DNA of 64,000 bases from positions 36,706,001 through 36,770,000 of the forward strand of contig NC_086097.1 in NCBI RefSeq assembly GCF_963921235.1, read 5' to 3'. This stretch comes from Mobula hypostoma. Its lineage: Eukaryota. Of this stretch, positions 27,309-40,464 are shown piece after piece. Every line of letters begins with the position of its first letter. Position 1 is the stretch's first letter. The notes beneath the pieces are model-generated. The model was given only the letters and a program-made list of their open reading frames with translations, ran no database searches and was not told where the DNA came from. The translations under genes and the position numbers were made by a program.

Positions 27309-27734
27309 CTGTGAACAGAATCCACAAGATTAAGGTGCACTCTGTCACCGCCTACAACGTCCCAGGCGCCGCTGATGGGCCATTATTTTACTCTGTGCAA
27401 AAGCAGATGTGGCAGCTGGGACTGGGGTCAACATTCGGAGATGGGGGTCATGACAGAAGCTCACACGGGTGAGTAGCTGAACAATGAACAAGGACTCCCA
27501 TTGGGAGTGGGGAGTCATGGGTGGGGCCAGTTAGAACCATGGAGGAGGAAGGCTCTGAAGGAGAGAAGGCAAGTAAAGGGACAGCCAAGTCGAGTCCAGC
27601 ACAGAGTGATGTTAATATATTTCCCCAGAAGCAATACAAAGGTAGTAATACATGGGACTTTCTGGCATTTCATGTACTCATATTACTGAAAAGGATGTGC
27701 AAGGGTGAATCTTCAATGGAAACATCCACGAGTT

Positions 27735-28955
27735 ACAATCAGAATCAGGTTTAATATCACTGGCATATGTCGTGAAAGTAGCTGTTCTTTCAGCGGCAGT
27801 ATAATGCAATACATAATAATAAATACAGAAAAATGTTAATTACAGTAAGTATATCTATATTAAACAGTTAAATTAAATAAATAGTGCCAAAATAAAAATA
27901 AAAAAGTATTGAGGTGCTGTTCAAGAGTTCAATGTCCATTCAGAAATCGGATGGCAGAGGGTAAGAAGCTGTTCCTGAATCATTGATTGTATGCCTTCAG
28001 GCTCCCGTACCTCCTTCCTGATGAGAATAAGACATGTCCTGGATGATGGGGGTCCTGAATGATGGATGTCACCTTTTTCAGACATCGCTCCTTGAAGATG
28101 TCCTGGATACTACAAAGGGTAGTGCCCATGATGGAGTTGACTAAAGGCTGATTTATACTTGTGCGTCAAATGTACTCTGTAGGTACGGCGTAGTTGTGTA
28201 CCCTACGCTGTACTCTACGCCAACCCTACACCGTAGCCTAACGCGCACCTCTCCCAAAATGTAACTACGCGTCGCAGACCACAACAACTGTGATTGGTCC
28301 GCTTGGTAGCATCGCATTTCCTCCTACGCTGCAATAGTTTCCCATTGGGCGAATGAAGGGCAGGGAAGGAACTCTGGCTGCAATGCTTTCCATAAAGCTT
28401 TACAGACCTCCGAGATTATGGAGGACCCTGTGCTTGACGCCAGTTTGTAGCTAGCTGCTACAGCCTGTTGACTTCCACCTGAAGCTAAAACTCAAATGGT
28501 GATTGCCAGTCTCAGAGTATACTGTGCGTACACTGTTGTGAAATAAATGGTCGGAGCGATGAACCAAATCGTCAAATCTACCTGCCAGCATCCAAAAATA
28601 TTTGAAATGCATTTCCTCATCCGTGTCTCTCAGTGGCCGGACAAGCACAGAAAATTCACCCTCCTTCAGTTTCAGTCGCCATTGTTTGAAGTTTGAGTTT
28701 CTTCGTGTTGAGTTTCAACATGAAGAAACTCAACACAGTGGCATAGAAACCCCACCGCCAACAAGCGTTTTGGTGGTGAATTGCAGAGCGACGCAGACAC
28801 ACCAATGCACAAGTATAAATGCTCACAACAGCATAGCCCACTTGCGTAGGCTACGGCGTAAGCTGGTACGCACAACTATAAATCAGCCTTAAGTTTACAA
28901 CCTTCCGCAACTTATTTTGACCCTGTGCAGTCGCACCCCGTCCCCCATACCAGAT
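27735..28955 (-). mobile_element. Rex1/Babar-type LINE 3' fragment hosting a Harbinger insertion
   Basis: Near-copy of 57-480; the host sequence rejoins as GACTAAGTTTACAAC when 28145-28892 is removed. Confidence 0.8.
28145..28889 (-). mobile_element. Internally deleted PIF/Harbinger transposon (745 bp)
   Basis: TAA TSD at 28142-28144 and 28890-28892. 22-bp TIR AGGCTGATTTATA(C/G)TTGTGCGT. Minus strand reads [24 protein letters not shown] and [49 protein letters not shown], the HARBI1-type transposase N-terminus. Confidence 0.93.
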
Positions 28956-30239
28956 AACAATTTCTGTAGTATCGCAGTTCCATCTGGATATTGTCACAAT
29001 CACAAAGCATTCCAGGGGCAAAAACATTTACACACAGTGCACAGCAAAGAACAGTACATGTGTCCAGCTTTCTGGGCCTATATATTTTTGTTATTCCTGG
29101 CCTCCTGAGGTTATAGCTGCACAAGAGGCAGAATGGTGAATTTCTTTCAATTCCAAATTAATAGCTTCCATTGGGAAGCAAATGGCTTTCTTTACTGACA
29201 AACCCCACTGTAAAAATGAAGAGTGTAAACGAACCCTCAAAACGTTATGAATAAGGGGACAAAGCCAGAGATACAGGTATGCTGTTATATTCCTGAGACA
29301 ATTTTTTTTGCTCCTCAGTGAATAAACATTTAATTGAAAGCTTACTAGCTCCAAAATCAACATGGCTTTAAGGTAAGACAGCGTTGTTACCTGACTAATA
29401 ATAAACAAGCACAAGGGAAACTCCCCACGCCCATCCTTTTCCAATTCTGCCAATAATGGCTATATAAAGCTGAGAAAATAATAACGCACTCTATGTGTGA
29501 AGAAACTAAGTGGGTGATAATGATCCAAAGCTATTGTACTAACAAGGGAAAATGTTTACCCTGACAATCAAATTACAATTACCCAGTAACTGAATTTCTT
29601 CCTGATGTGGTGTGTTAAACACATGCTGTATTTATCACTAATACCATCGACCCTGATAAAACTGATGAATAGGTAAAATCCATTCAGCACATAGATTCAT
29701 GCATTAAAATGTTGCTCCTGATGGGAGCTCCATCAAGAGCCTCCTGCTGCCAAGGCAACTGCTGGACAGTCAAACAGCACTTAAAGGGCTCTCCCAAAGG
29801 GAAGTGTGTCCAGGGTAGAAAAGTTAAGTGGTGCAAACGTATGAAAATAAAAACTTCAAAATTGTATTTGATTATCTAATCATGTATATTTTACAATACA
29901 AATTTACATAATGGAAGCAATATTTGCTCTAAGCTAGCAAGATTACTAAACTGTGCTTTTGTACAGTGAAAGCAGCCAAAAACAGTGGGGTGCTGTGCTT
30001 TTCCTAACTCACTGAGGTGAATTCAGTCCCGATGCACACACGCTGTTCTTTCTTAAAATTTCTGAAGGGAGCAACAGCTGCCACGGCCTTTCCACTTTCT
30101 TCTACCTGCAGTCAGATCCCACAACACACTCTCACAGAAGTGGCACTTGATAGAAAAACATGTGGACTTTTGCAGAAGGAAAAGCTGGGAGAATGGGGGG
30201 GTCTGCTGTTTCTGGAAAATACGGCTACAAGCTCTGTGA

Positions 30240-30849
30240 ATACTCGAATACTTATTATGAACATGTGAAAAAAGGAATATTCTCTATCGCTAAGATGCAT
30301 ATGTCTCCAATTAAACCATAATCAATTAAAAAGGAATTAATAAGTGATGCAGAGCGATTAGGAAGTTGATGTCTAGATGATGATTTATCTAATAAAGGAT
30401 TTAAGCAAGTATTAAAATCTCCACCCATTAATAAAATATATTCATTTAAATCAGGTAATGGAGCGAAAATATCTTTAAAAAATGAAGGATCATCAGCATT
30501 TGGTCCATATATATTAACCAGAACCATTTTCTTATTGTAAATTGTTCCTTTAACAATCAAAAATCTACCATTAATATCAGATATAATATCCTCCTGATTA
30601 AAGGGAATATTGGAATCAATAAAAATGGAAACACCCCTAATTTTACTTTGAGAGTTTGCGTGAATCTGAGGGACCTTCCAAAATTTTAAAAAATTGTTTT
30701 TTATCACATAACCTGACATGCGTCTCTTGTGCAAAAATAATATCAGGTTCGAATCGATTAATAATTTTAAATGTTTTCTTACACTTAATAGGATGATTCC
30801 AACCACGGACATTCCAACTTAAAACATTTAACTGTTTAAGTAACATCAT
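30240..30849 (-). mobile_element. L1-clade LINE ORF2 endonuclease (APE) fragment, frameshifted
   Basis: LSWNVRG, DIIFAQETH, RGVSIFI, GRFLIVKG, LVNIYGPN, MGGDFN, REYSFF; frameshift near 30700. Confidence 0.92.
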
Positions 30850-30959
30850 GAAACTTTATATCCAAAGAAAACAATTAGATGCATGTCAGGATAAGATAGT
30901 CGTGAATGGCAGTGATAAGCAACAACTTGTACACTATGTCTTACATGTCCAGAAGCAGA

Positions 30960-31290
30960 AGGCGGAGACACAGTAGTGTAGTGGTTATTGCAATGCTTTA
31001 CATCACCACCAATTGGGGCTAAATTCTCACCACTACCTGTGAAGAGTTTCCACACTGTGACCACACAGGTTTCCTCCAGGCGCTTCTGTTTTGTTTCCTA
31101 CAACAATCCAAAGACATACAGTCAGGGGTAATCAGTTGTGGGGATACTATGTTAGCACTGAAAGCGTGGAGACACTTGCAGGCTGCCCCTAGCGCAGTCC
31201 TCAGTGATCTGATTTGATACAGTGACACGTTTCACTGTAAGGTTCGATGTTTCAATGTATGTGTGACAAAGAAAGCTAATCTTTAGATAT
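30960..31290 (+). mobile_element. tRNA-derived V-SINE-like element
   Basis: GTAGTGTAGTGGTTA A-box-like head and GGTTTCCTCCAGGCGCTTCTG...TCCAAAGAC core. Confidence 0.6.
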
Positions 31291-31359
31291 TGTTTCGGGA
31301 TTTGCTAGATCGTCAACCTGGCAGGTCAATCAGAAGTAATTGTGATCCGTCTTTCAGGC

Positions 31360-32120
31360 ATAAGACCATAAGACTATATGACAAAGGAGCAGAAGTCGGC
31401 CATTCGGCCCATCGAGTCTGCTTCGTCATTTTATCATGAGCTGATCCATTCTCCCATTTAGACACACTCCCCCACCTTCTCACCATAACCTTTGATGCCC
31501 TGGCTACTCAGATACCTATCAATCTCTGCCTTAAGTACACTCAATGACTTGGCTTGCACTGCTGCCCTTGGCAACAAATTCCATAGATTCACCACCCTCT
31601 GACTAAAAAAATTTCTTCGCATTTCTGTTCTGAATGGGCGCCCTTCAATCCTTAAGTCACGCCCTCTCGTACTAGACTCCCCCATCATGGGAAACAACTT
31701 TGCCACATCCACTCTGTCCATGCCTTTCAACATTCAAAATGTTTCTATGAGGTCTCCCCTCATTCTTCTAAACTCCAAGGAATACAGTCCAAGAGCGGAC
31801 AAACGTTCCTCCTATGTTAACCCTTTCATTCCCAGAATCATTCTAGTGAATCTTCTCTGTACCCTCTCCAACGTCAGCACATCCTTTCTTAAATAAGGAG
31901 ACCAAAACTGCCCACAGTACTTCAAGTGAGGTCTCACCAGCACCTTATACAGCCTCAACATCACACCCCTGCTCCTATACTCTATTCCTCTGGAAATGAA
32001 TGCCAACATTGCATTCCCCTTCTTCACCACCAACTCAACCTGGAGGTTAACCTTGAGGGTATCCTGTACGAGGACTCCCAAGTCCCGTTGCATCTCCGAA
32101 CTTTGAATTATTTCCCTATT
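31360..32120 (-). mobile_element. CR1 LINE 3' fragment
   Basis: RDLGVLVQDTLKV, LYKVLVRPHLKYC, RNFFSQRVVNLWN; ATAAGACC tail at ~31360. Confidence 0.95.
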
Positions 32121-32329
32121 TGCATAGCCCAAATGCATATGTCATTCAATGTGTACAGCCTGGTTCTGCTAATCTATCTTCTGCCTGCTGAAAGTGAGGG
32201 TCAGCTAACTTTGGGGTAGCTGATGGCCAAGGAATTGGCGACTGGAAGGTTGGTTTTTCTGTGATTTAGGTGGAAGACAGGCAGTCTGGCAATAGATGCA
32301 TCACGACAGACCCTACAGAATTACGTGGT

Positions 32330-33800
32330 GGATCAAATAAGATCTACAGAAACTCCTAGCAGTAAGAGTTTCTATAGATCTACAATTAGGAAGAAGACAG
32401 CAAAGTGTGACCTTGAGAAAACAAAACTGGAGAATTAAAAATAGGGAACACAGAAATGACAGATATGTTAAGTCGACAGTTTGCATCAATCTTCGCTGTG
32501 GGAGATACCCAAATAACAGATGGGCTAATTTTAAATAACAGAGAGAAACCTGTAAAAATTCCAACCACAAAGGATGAGGTATGAGAGAAAGTCACAGAGC
32601 TGACAGTGGACAAATCACCAGGACCTGATGGACTACACCCTAGAGCTTTAAAGGAAGTGGTTACAGAGTCAGTGGATCCATATACTGAAATTTTCACAAC
32701 ACACTAACTTCGGAGAGGTTGTAAAATAGTCAATGTAGATCCCTTTTTCAAAGGAGAGGAAGAGAGAACACAGAACTATAGGCCAGTTAGTTTAACATCT
32801 AATATTGGCAAGATGCTAGAATTAATCGTCGTCGTCGTGGCTATCCCTCAAGGTCAAGGATGATGGTCTTCGTTCTGTTGATCTACTTGTGGGCTCTCAA
32901 GTGGCTTATGAGTCCAATCTTGGCTTTGAAAGTTCTTCTGCATTCAGGACAGGTAGTTCCAGATAGCAGATCGGGCTTTGGTTGTTGCTGCCTCTTTTTC
33001 CATTCTCTTGCCTTTTCTTCTAATCCTTCTCATCTGTTGGCTTGCCAGTGATTCCTGTCCTTGGCATTTGTTTCTCAATTGTTGATGTCGATGTTATATT
33101 TCTTCATGTTGGCTTTTAAGACGTCTTTGAATCTCCTCTGTTGTCCATCTCTTTTACGTTTGCCTTCTTTAAGCTGGGAGTAGAAGATTTGTTTCGGCAG
33201 ACATTCGTCTTTCATCCGACAACATGAACGCTCCATCTTAGTTGGTTCTTGATGACGTAGGCTTCAATGCTTGTTGTTTTTGCTTCATTTAGCATGCTGA
33301 CATTGGTTTGCTATCTTCCCAGCTGATATTTAAGATGTTTCGAAGACAGCGTTGATGGAACTTTTCAAGTGTCTTCAGATGTCGTCGGTATGTTGTCGAG
33401 GTTTCTGATGCATACAGGAGCGTTGGGATTACCACTGCTTTGTACACTAACATTTTGGTGTCTGTTCGGATGTCACGATCATGAAAGACTCTAGAATCAA
33501 TACTCAAAGAGGAAATAACTAAACATTAAGGAAAACAGAAAATAATTAAAACCATTGTTAAAATGGCTTTATAAAAGATAAATCATGTTGGACGAAGTTG
33601 CTTAAATTTTTTGAGGATATGGTAGGAAGAGATGACAGAGGGAACCTGTAGGTGCTGTGTTATCAGATTTCCAGAAAGAATTTGAGTATGTGCCACACAA
33701 TAGGCCGGTGCATATATTGAGAATTGGAGGAAGTGTGCTTACATGCATAGACAACTGGCTGTCATTTAGATGAAGGTTTCGGATAAATGGATGATATGTG
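32330..33800 (+). mobile_element. Old CR1 LINE fragment interrupted by an RTE insertion
   Basis: DKSPGPDGLHPRALKE and NYRPVSLTS before 32826; DFQKEF-like RT segment after 33500. Confidence 0.8.
32827..33490 (-). mobile_element. 5'-truncated RTE (BovB-like) LINE with (GAC)n tail
   Basis: TKMLVYKAVVIPTLLYASET...LEKFHQRCLRNILNISWED. TSD CTAGAAT(T/C)AAT at 32816-32826 and 33491-33501. Confidence 0.92.
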
Positions 33801-34168
33801 TGGATAGGGTGATGATGAGTAGGAAATGGATGTGACTGGTGGGGTGGGGTGAGATTTAAGTCTAGATTAGAGTAAATTGGATAAAGGCTAGGGCTAGTGA
33901 GCAGCATGAAAAATGTTAAAATATAAAGGATACTATTAATTTTAGCATCGTTAACTTCTATATCATTCAAATTAAACATGCTATTTCATTTGCAAGCATG
34001 AGCTTGTTTGGACTGAGAGGAGGGCCAACCTTGCCTTTCCCACTCCGACCCTCACCAACCCACAGAATTGAGGCAAAATATCAGCCACCGGTTTGAGGAG
34101 GGAAAGACACCTTGGGCTGCACATTACCATTTCATCACATCTGTCTTCCCCTCATTTCCTCTCACATT

Positions 34169-34187
34169 TGTGTGTGTGTGTGTGTGT
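34169..34187. repeat. (TG)n microsatellite
   Basis: Directly visible. Confidence 0.9.
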
Positions 34188-35004
34188 GGGGTACAACCAC
34201 ACAATCACCTGGCTCCACCAAATCGCTGATGGGCATAACTTCCTACCACTGCAAGGCGTGGGCAAATCGTAGGGGCCACATCACGTAGCTCAGGAAGGAC
34301 GTGAACACTGTTAATGTGACCAGTGACAGGAGAATCAGTGAAACACGTGACATAGTAATTTCCAATAAAATTCGAGGTTGGCCGGTGCTAGGAAGAACTC
34401 ATCTAGGTGTTAATACATTCCCAAACCCTCATATTCCTAGAATGAACACATCTGCTTTCTCTTAAATACTCCGATTTCTGCCAGGTGGTTGGAAATGTGT
34501 GCTGTGCACGCCATGATGTCATTTGGTGCTTACTGATGCATTTGCTTTAAAGTAACCACAATCGGTCATTCCTAGGTCAATTTCCCAATAGTTGGTTTCG
34601 CTCAGAAGTGATCACTACAACAGACTTCCCCAAATAAAACTTGTCAGAGACTTGTTTCATGTAAAACTTTTGGGGCTGATGTTTCATTTCTATTACAAAC
34701 ACTGAGCAACAACATATTTGTTAAACTCTGTAACTTCAGCACCATATTAAGGTACATGCTCTCGTGCAACATACTGCAGAACCCAGCAGACAACACTTCC
34801 ACCTCAGCGCCAGGACCTTACCAGGACTTGCCATGTTGTCCCCTCAAAGTCTCAGTTTCTGTGCCAATGGCATCAACATCTGCCCTATAATACTAACTCA
34901 GGCTGCTCCTGGGTCACTCCAGTGGACTTCTGAATGATCCCATAGAGTGAGCTGTCACGTCTTGGCAGAAGAAACTTGCCCATGAAGCTGTGGCGAGGTT
35001 AAAC

Positions 35005-35100
35005 TCCTGATGAAGGGTCTTGACCCAAGATATTGACTCTTCATTCCTCTCCATAGATGCTGCCTGACCCGCTGAGTTGTTCCAGTAATACGTGTGTTTT
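35005..35100 (+). mobile_element. Penelope-family pLTR fragment with decayed hammerhead
   Basis: CCTGATGAAGGGTCTTGACCCAAGATATTGAC...GATGCTGCCTGACC; further copies at ~35962-36098 (+) and ~26237-26325 (-). Confidence 0.75.
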
Positions 35101-36450
35101 ACTGTGAGTTTATACTGGTGTTAACACTGTTGCCCCATTTAAAAGAAGTGCAAAAAATGCCTGCTAGGAGAAAGCAATTACTTTTTATCAATTATTCAAG
35201 TTTGTTTCAATATTTTGAGTTAACTTTTAGTGAGTGAACGTGTTCTTTTTAAGTTAAATGTGTAAAATAACTTTAAATATTTTAAACATTATTTTTAGAC
35301 TTAAGTTTAAACTTCAATCTTACTGAATATTGGTGAATTTTAAAAGATACAAAACATTTGATCTGAAGCACTGGCTCCAACAGCTCTGAACCCGAGGACT
35401 AGAGCCTCACCCAGCAGCTTTCAAAGTCATCCTGCAAGTCTGGCATGTTATTTGTGCTGAGACAGACTATTTGCTGCTCCTCTCAGCTCCAAAGAGCTAG
35501 GAGCCAGGCTTCCAATAGGAAAATGGAACTGGTGCTGCCTGAATTGCTGAGTTCCTCCAGCATTTTGTGTTTTTTACTCTGGATTACCAGTGTTTTCAAC
35601 AGACAATAATACTAGGGACCACACTGAAAGAAACGTCATTGGACAGGAGTAAGCAGCCAGCGATTTTAACGCAATTCATCCCACAGTAGCTTGCAAAACA
35701 ATAAAAAATTTGATTCTATGTGACGAGCCAATCATTTAGATCCAAGCCTCGTACTTTCCTCGTACTCTTCTAACATTGCCTTTGGAAGCAAGTATGGCGC
35801 CTATTTGGACTACTCTTCAACACTTTGAAAATCAAAAGAGTAAATAGTTTTAATCTCTGGTTTTCTGGTGGCCTTAATCTCATGCCTTCTCAGATTTGGC
35901 AGTCTCAGTTAAACCTCCCCTTCCTCGCTGCTATAATAAAAAGCACACTGATTTATCTGTGCCAGTCTCGATGAAGGGTCTTGGCCCAAAATGTCGATGG
36001 TTTTTATTCCTCTCTGTGGTTAATGCCTGAACTGCAGAGTTCCTCCAGCATTTTGTATGTGTTGCTTTGGATTTCCAGTATCTGCAGAATCTCTTGTGAC
36101 ACTGACTTACCTACTTTTTTTACCAGAATGAAAGTCCTTCAGTCCCAATGACATCTCACTAAACCCTTCCATCACCTCTTCCTTGGCTCTGCCATCCAAT
36201 CTAAAGCAAAGACTCCAAAACTGCACCACAACATCTTGAAATAGCGGTTTAAACAATATTTTTGCCAACTCTTATTTAAGCTCCCTTACACTTTTTCTTT
36301 GCAGCTTCTAGCAACTTGTCCTCCTACTCATGCTGTCATCTGAAAATCTACGCCCACAAATGCAAAGAATTTAATGCATTATACATAGAAAATAAACAAA
36401 TATGTAAGTGCAAAATAACCCACATTAGGATTTGGATTTAATTATTTTAC

Positions 36451-36520
36451 GTGTGGAACATAGAGTACCAGTACAACTGTTGGGCAGTCACGAGTTCACA
36501 AGGTTTCGTAATCTGACCAT
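36451..36520 (-). CDS. Candidate internal exon (DGQITKPCELVTAQQLYWYSMFH)
   Basis: ttttgcttgccattctgcag acceptor and a weak CAC|gtaaaa donor; 70 nt. Confidence 0.2.
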
Positions 36521-38169
36521 CTGCAGAATGGCAAGCAAAAGTTTGACTGCAGCTCTTGATAGCATGGGAAGCAACAAGTGGCCATGTACGGTATGGAGCT
36601 AAAGATGCCAAACCAGTAGAGAAACCAGATGCCTCTAAATTAGAGCGGTTAGAGTGAACGGCAAGAGGCCTCAAGAATTATGAGGGATTTAAGACTACTT
36701 GCTCGCGGAGATATCTGGAGATCGATAACACAGTTAATCTCTTCCAGTGGGTAGGAAAGATTTTTCTGTGCATTTCCAGGTGCTAGTAGACCCCTGATTC
36801 CTCAAAGTTTGGAGAAAGCATTAGGACTTGTTTATTCCTGGTTGTTTGAACGGCAACAGGGGAAGTTACAGATGTGGGCAATGTAACAATATATTTCTGC
36901 AAGTACCTATACACTTCCTGTAGCATTTCTTTTCCACCCTTTCCAGGATTTGACATGCCTGCTGGTGGCTTTCAAAAACTGGGCATTCTACGCCCATCTT
37001 ATTAGATACTGGCATCTGTCTTTGATGGAGTGGCCCAGAGAGCACAGTCCTTCATGTTGCTGCCACCCTTGCTGGGTCTCCAGACTGACACTGCTCCCTG
37101 CTCATTCTATGTACAGGTTGCTGCTGCTTCTCACACACAAGGTCTTAGCGCTCTCTCGGTTCTCGAACACAGCCCCACTCTCTCAGCCATGTCTTTCCCA
37201 TTGCTCATCCTATAGCAGATTGCACATGATAAAAAGGCCCTGCAGACATATTGACAACAAAACACTACAGGAACTGTCTTCATTTAAAAAAAAACATTTG
37301 GTGCAAAACATCTACAAAGCATAACCAGCACCTTCATAAACCTTTTGACTGCTTGCCTGATCACAACTGAAAATCCAGTACAGTTCTTTACTCAACATTG
37401 AAGGCGGTACCAGGAAAGAAATGTATTCACATGAATACAAAATTTGTAAATATTAATATTTCCATTAGGCTGTGTGTGGTGATCAGTCTCAAATTCCTCC
37501 ATTCTTTGATCAACCACTTCCTTTGATATCTGTCTCTATCTTGATAGCAATGCTTTTGATCAACTCATAAGGAGCCTCAGTCAAGAACTGTAGGTACAGT
37601 CCTCCCAACCACATTTCCCATTTCCTCTGCAGGTGGCTCGGCTGAGAATCGTAAATCACCTCTGCAGGAAGTTGATATCTAAATGACAGTCAGAGGGAGT
37701 CGAGCTTTTACCCCGTTGAGAATCCAACCATCTACTTAGCACACAGAAGAAAGAGTTATGCATGTTCCCTAACCATCATCCACATTGGCTCCACCACTGA
37801 ATGCAATCATGGACAATCTATGCTGTCAGTCCACATTCCTACCAGATCACCAAATCCCCTCAATCTATCCATGATCTTGGCCTTGAACTCAATGTAGTGT
37901 ACTCAAAATTCTGGTAATCCTCAAGAAATGTCAAGAAATGTTATCTGTGCTCCTATATTCTAGATCTCTAGTTAGAAGTAGAAACTCAATATCTACTCTT
38001 GAATCCCTCTCAGACTAGCAATCCGTGAGTAAGGAGATTTGAAGACTGAGCAGTAGGTTCTGGACTTGCCCAAGTTAATGGTGGCCAATTAATATTGTAT
38101 GAGTAATTAGCGATCCAAGTCCCGCACTATGCAAGATGTACTGGAATGCCCAATGCTGCTCACTGCTGG

Positions 38170-38790
38170 ATAACACAGTACAGACCCTTCAGCGCACGAT
38201 ATTGTGCCAACCTTTTAACCAACTCCAAGATCGATCTAACCCTTTCCTCCCACATAGCCCTCTAATTTTCTTTCATCCATGTGCATATCTAAGAATCTCT
38301 TAAATATTTGTAATGTATCTGCCACCGCCACCATCCTTGGCAGGCTGTTCCTACCTCTGACATCCCCACTACACTTTTCCCCCAATCACCTTAAAATTAT
38401 GTTCTCTTGTATTTCCATTGCAATTCAGGAAAAAAAGATGTTGCTTACCCATGCTATCTATGCCTTTTAAAATCTTGTACACATCTATCAAGTCTCCTCT
38501 CATCTTCTTTCATTCCAAAGAATAGAGCCCTAGCTTGCTCAAACTTTCCTCAAAAGATATATTTTCTAACGCAGACAGCATCCTGGTAAATCCCCTCTGA
38601 ACCCTCTCCGAAATTTCCACATTCTTCCTATAGTGAGTCAACAAAAAACTGGACACAATACTCCAAGTGTGGTCTAACCAGAGTTTTATAGAGCTGCAAC
38701 ATTATCTTCTGGCTCTTGAATTCAATTCCCACCACATTCCACCCCCTACCACCGGCCAGCACACCATACATCTCTTAACTGTCTGATCAA
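38170..38790 (-). mobile_element. Decayed CR1 LINE 3' fragment
   Basis: Reverse complement contains the LYKTLVRPHLEYCVQF-type segment (~38650-38695) and a CR1-type 3' UTR. Confidence 0.8.
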
Positions 38791-39449
38791 GTTCAACTCT
38801 TCTGTGCCCAAAAGATCAAATTCAAGATTCTTAACTGGTTTTGTTACAGTTCGTTCATGGGTGAGTAAAATTATTTTCAATTGCTTAATGTGGAAGTTAG
38901 CAACTTTTTTTGAGATTGAATTTTTAAATGTCCCACTTCAACTTCATCAGCACTGAGCAATAAAACTAATGTTAATCGGCAGCAGTGAACCTCTGTATTC
39001 CAATTGGATTCCTTCTGATCCAGAATTCACTTTGCAAAAAATTCAGAAACTTGCCTAAGGAGAAGGGACGGGAACTGTGTTATTCACCAACTCCTTACTA
39101 TTACAGATAGGTGCAAATTTTTATTGCAATTTAACAAATGAGGAGCCATTTCACTTAGACACTTCAAGTGTAATCTAGTAATCTGAATTTTGTAAAACTA
39201 GTGCTGTTTCAGGGTTAATAGTAATAGGAGATGTTACGGGCATCTCACTCTTTTTTCCCAGAACAGCAATATGGGAATGTTTACTTTCTCTTGAGAGAAC
39301 ATTTAGTTTCATTCACAAAGCATAATTTCCTACAAATCAATTAACACAATGGTATGTCTTTCAATGTTTTTGTGTTCAAGTCTCTGGAACAAACACAGAG
39401 CCTTCTGATTCAGAGATGAGTACAAAACCAACTGAACCATATCTGATCA

Positions 39450-40225
39450 AAACTCACACAATGCTGGAGGAATGCAGCAGGCCAGACAGCATCCAAGGTA
39501 AAGAGTAGACAGATGACGTTTCATGCCAAGAAAAGATGAGAAGTCAGAGCAAGAAGGTGGGGGGAGGGAAGGAAGAAGGTGAAGGGTGAAACCAGGAGAG
39601 GCGGGGGGTGGGGAGGGAGGAAAGCATCTGGTAGGTTGATTAGTGGAGATAAAGGTCTGGAGAAGGAGGGATCTGATAGGAGAGGGTAGAAGACCATGGA
39701 AGAAAGAGAAGGAGAAGCACCAGAAGGAATGATGGGCAGGGAAGGAGATCAGGTGAGACAGGGAAATGGAAATGGGGGAATGGTGAGGGGGAATTTCTCA
39801 GAAGTTTGAGAAATCAATATTCGTGCCATCAGGCTGGAGGCTACCCAGACAAAATACAAGGTGTCGCTCCTCCAACCTGAATGTGGCCTCATCGTGGTAG
39901 TAGAGGAGAACGTGGACTGACATGTCGGAATGGGAATAGGAAGTGGAACTAAAATGGGTGGCCACTGGGGAGATCCTGCTTTTTCTGGAGGACAGAGCGT
40001 AGTTCCTCAGTGAAGCAGTCTCCCAATCTACGTGGGATCTCACCGCTCTATAGGAGGCCACACCAGGAGACCTGGATACAGTAGATGACCCCAACAGACT
40101 CACAGGTGAAGTGTTGCCTCACAGGGAAGGACTGCGTAGGGCCCTGAATGGTAGTAAGGGAGGAGGTGTAGGGCCAGGTGTAGCACTTGTTCTGCTTGCA
40201 AGGAAAAGTACCAGGAGGGAGATCA
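39450..40225 (-). mobile_element. Penelope-like retroelement 3' part: GIY-YIG endonuclease C-terminus plus pLTR
   Basis: PVATHFSSTSYSHSDMSV...RLEERHLVFCLGSLQPDGTNIDFSNF resembles the Neptune-type PLE GIY-YIG end (PVAxHF...RxxxExxxIxxLxTLxPxGxN). Confidence 0.88.
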
Positions 40226-40464
40226 GTTACAGTTTAACATCAATGCTGTTGCGCAGGTTTAAGCTAAGTCTAAGCATGCAAGATATTATTGTTCTTCTTT
40301 TCTCAAGAGACTAAGGAGCCACAGGAATCAGTTGTAAACTGACATTATAGCAGCTGGCTCTCTTCCATTCTTAAGAAGAATAGGGGCTGATAATTCACGA
40401 TGGCATAGAATAGAGAGCATAGCAGACGGATTAAAAGGAAGCACATGGTAGTCATAATTTTCTG

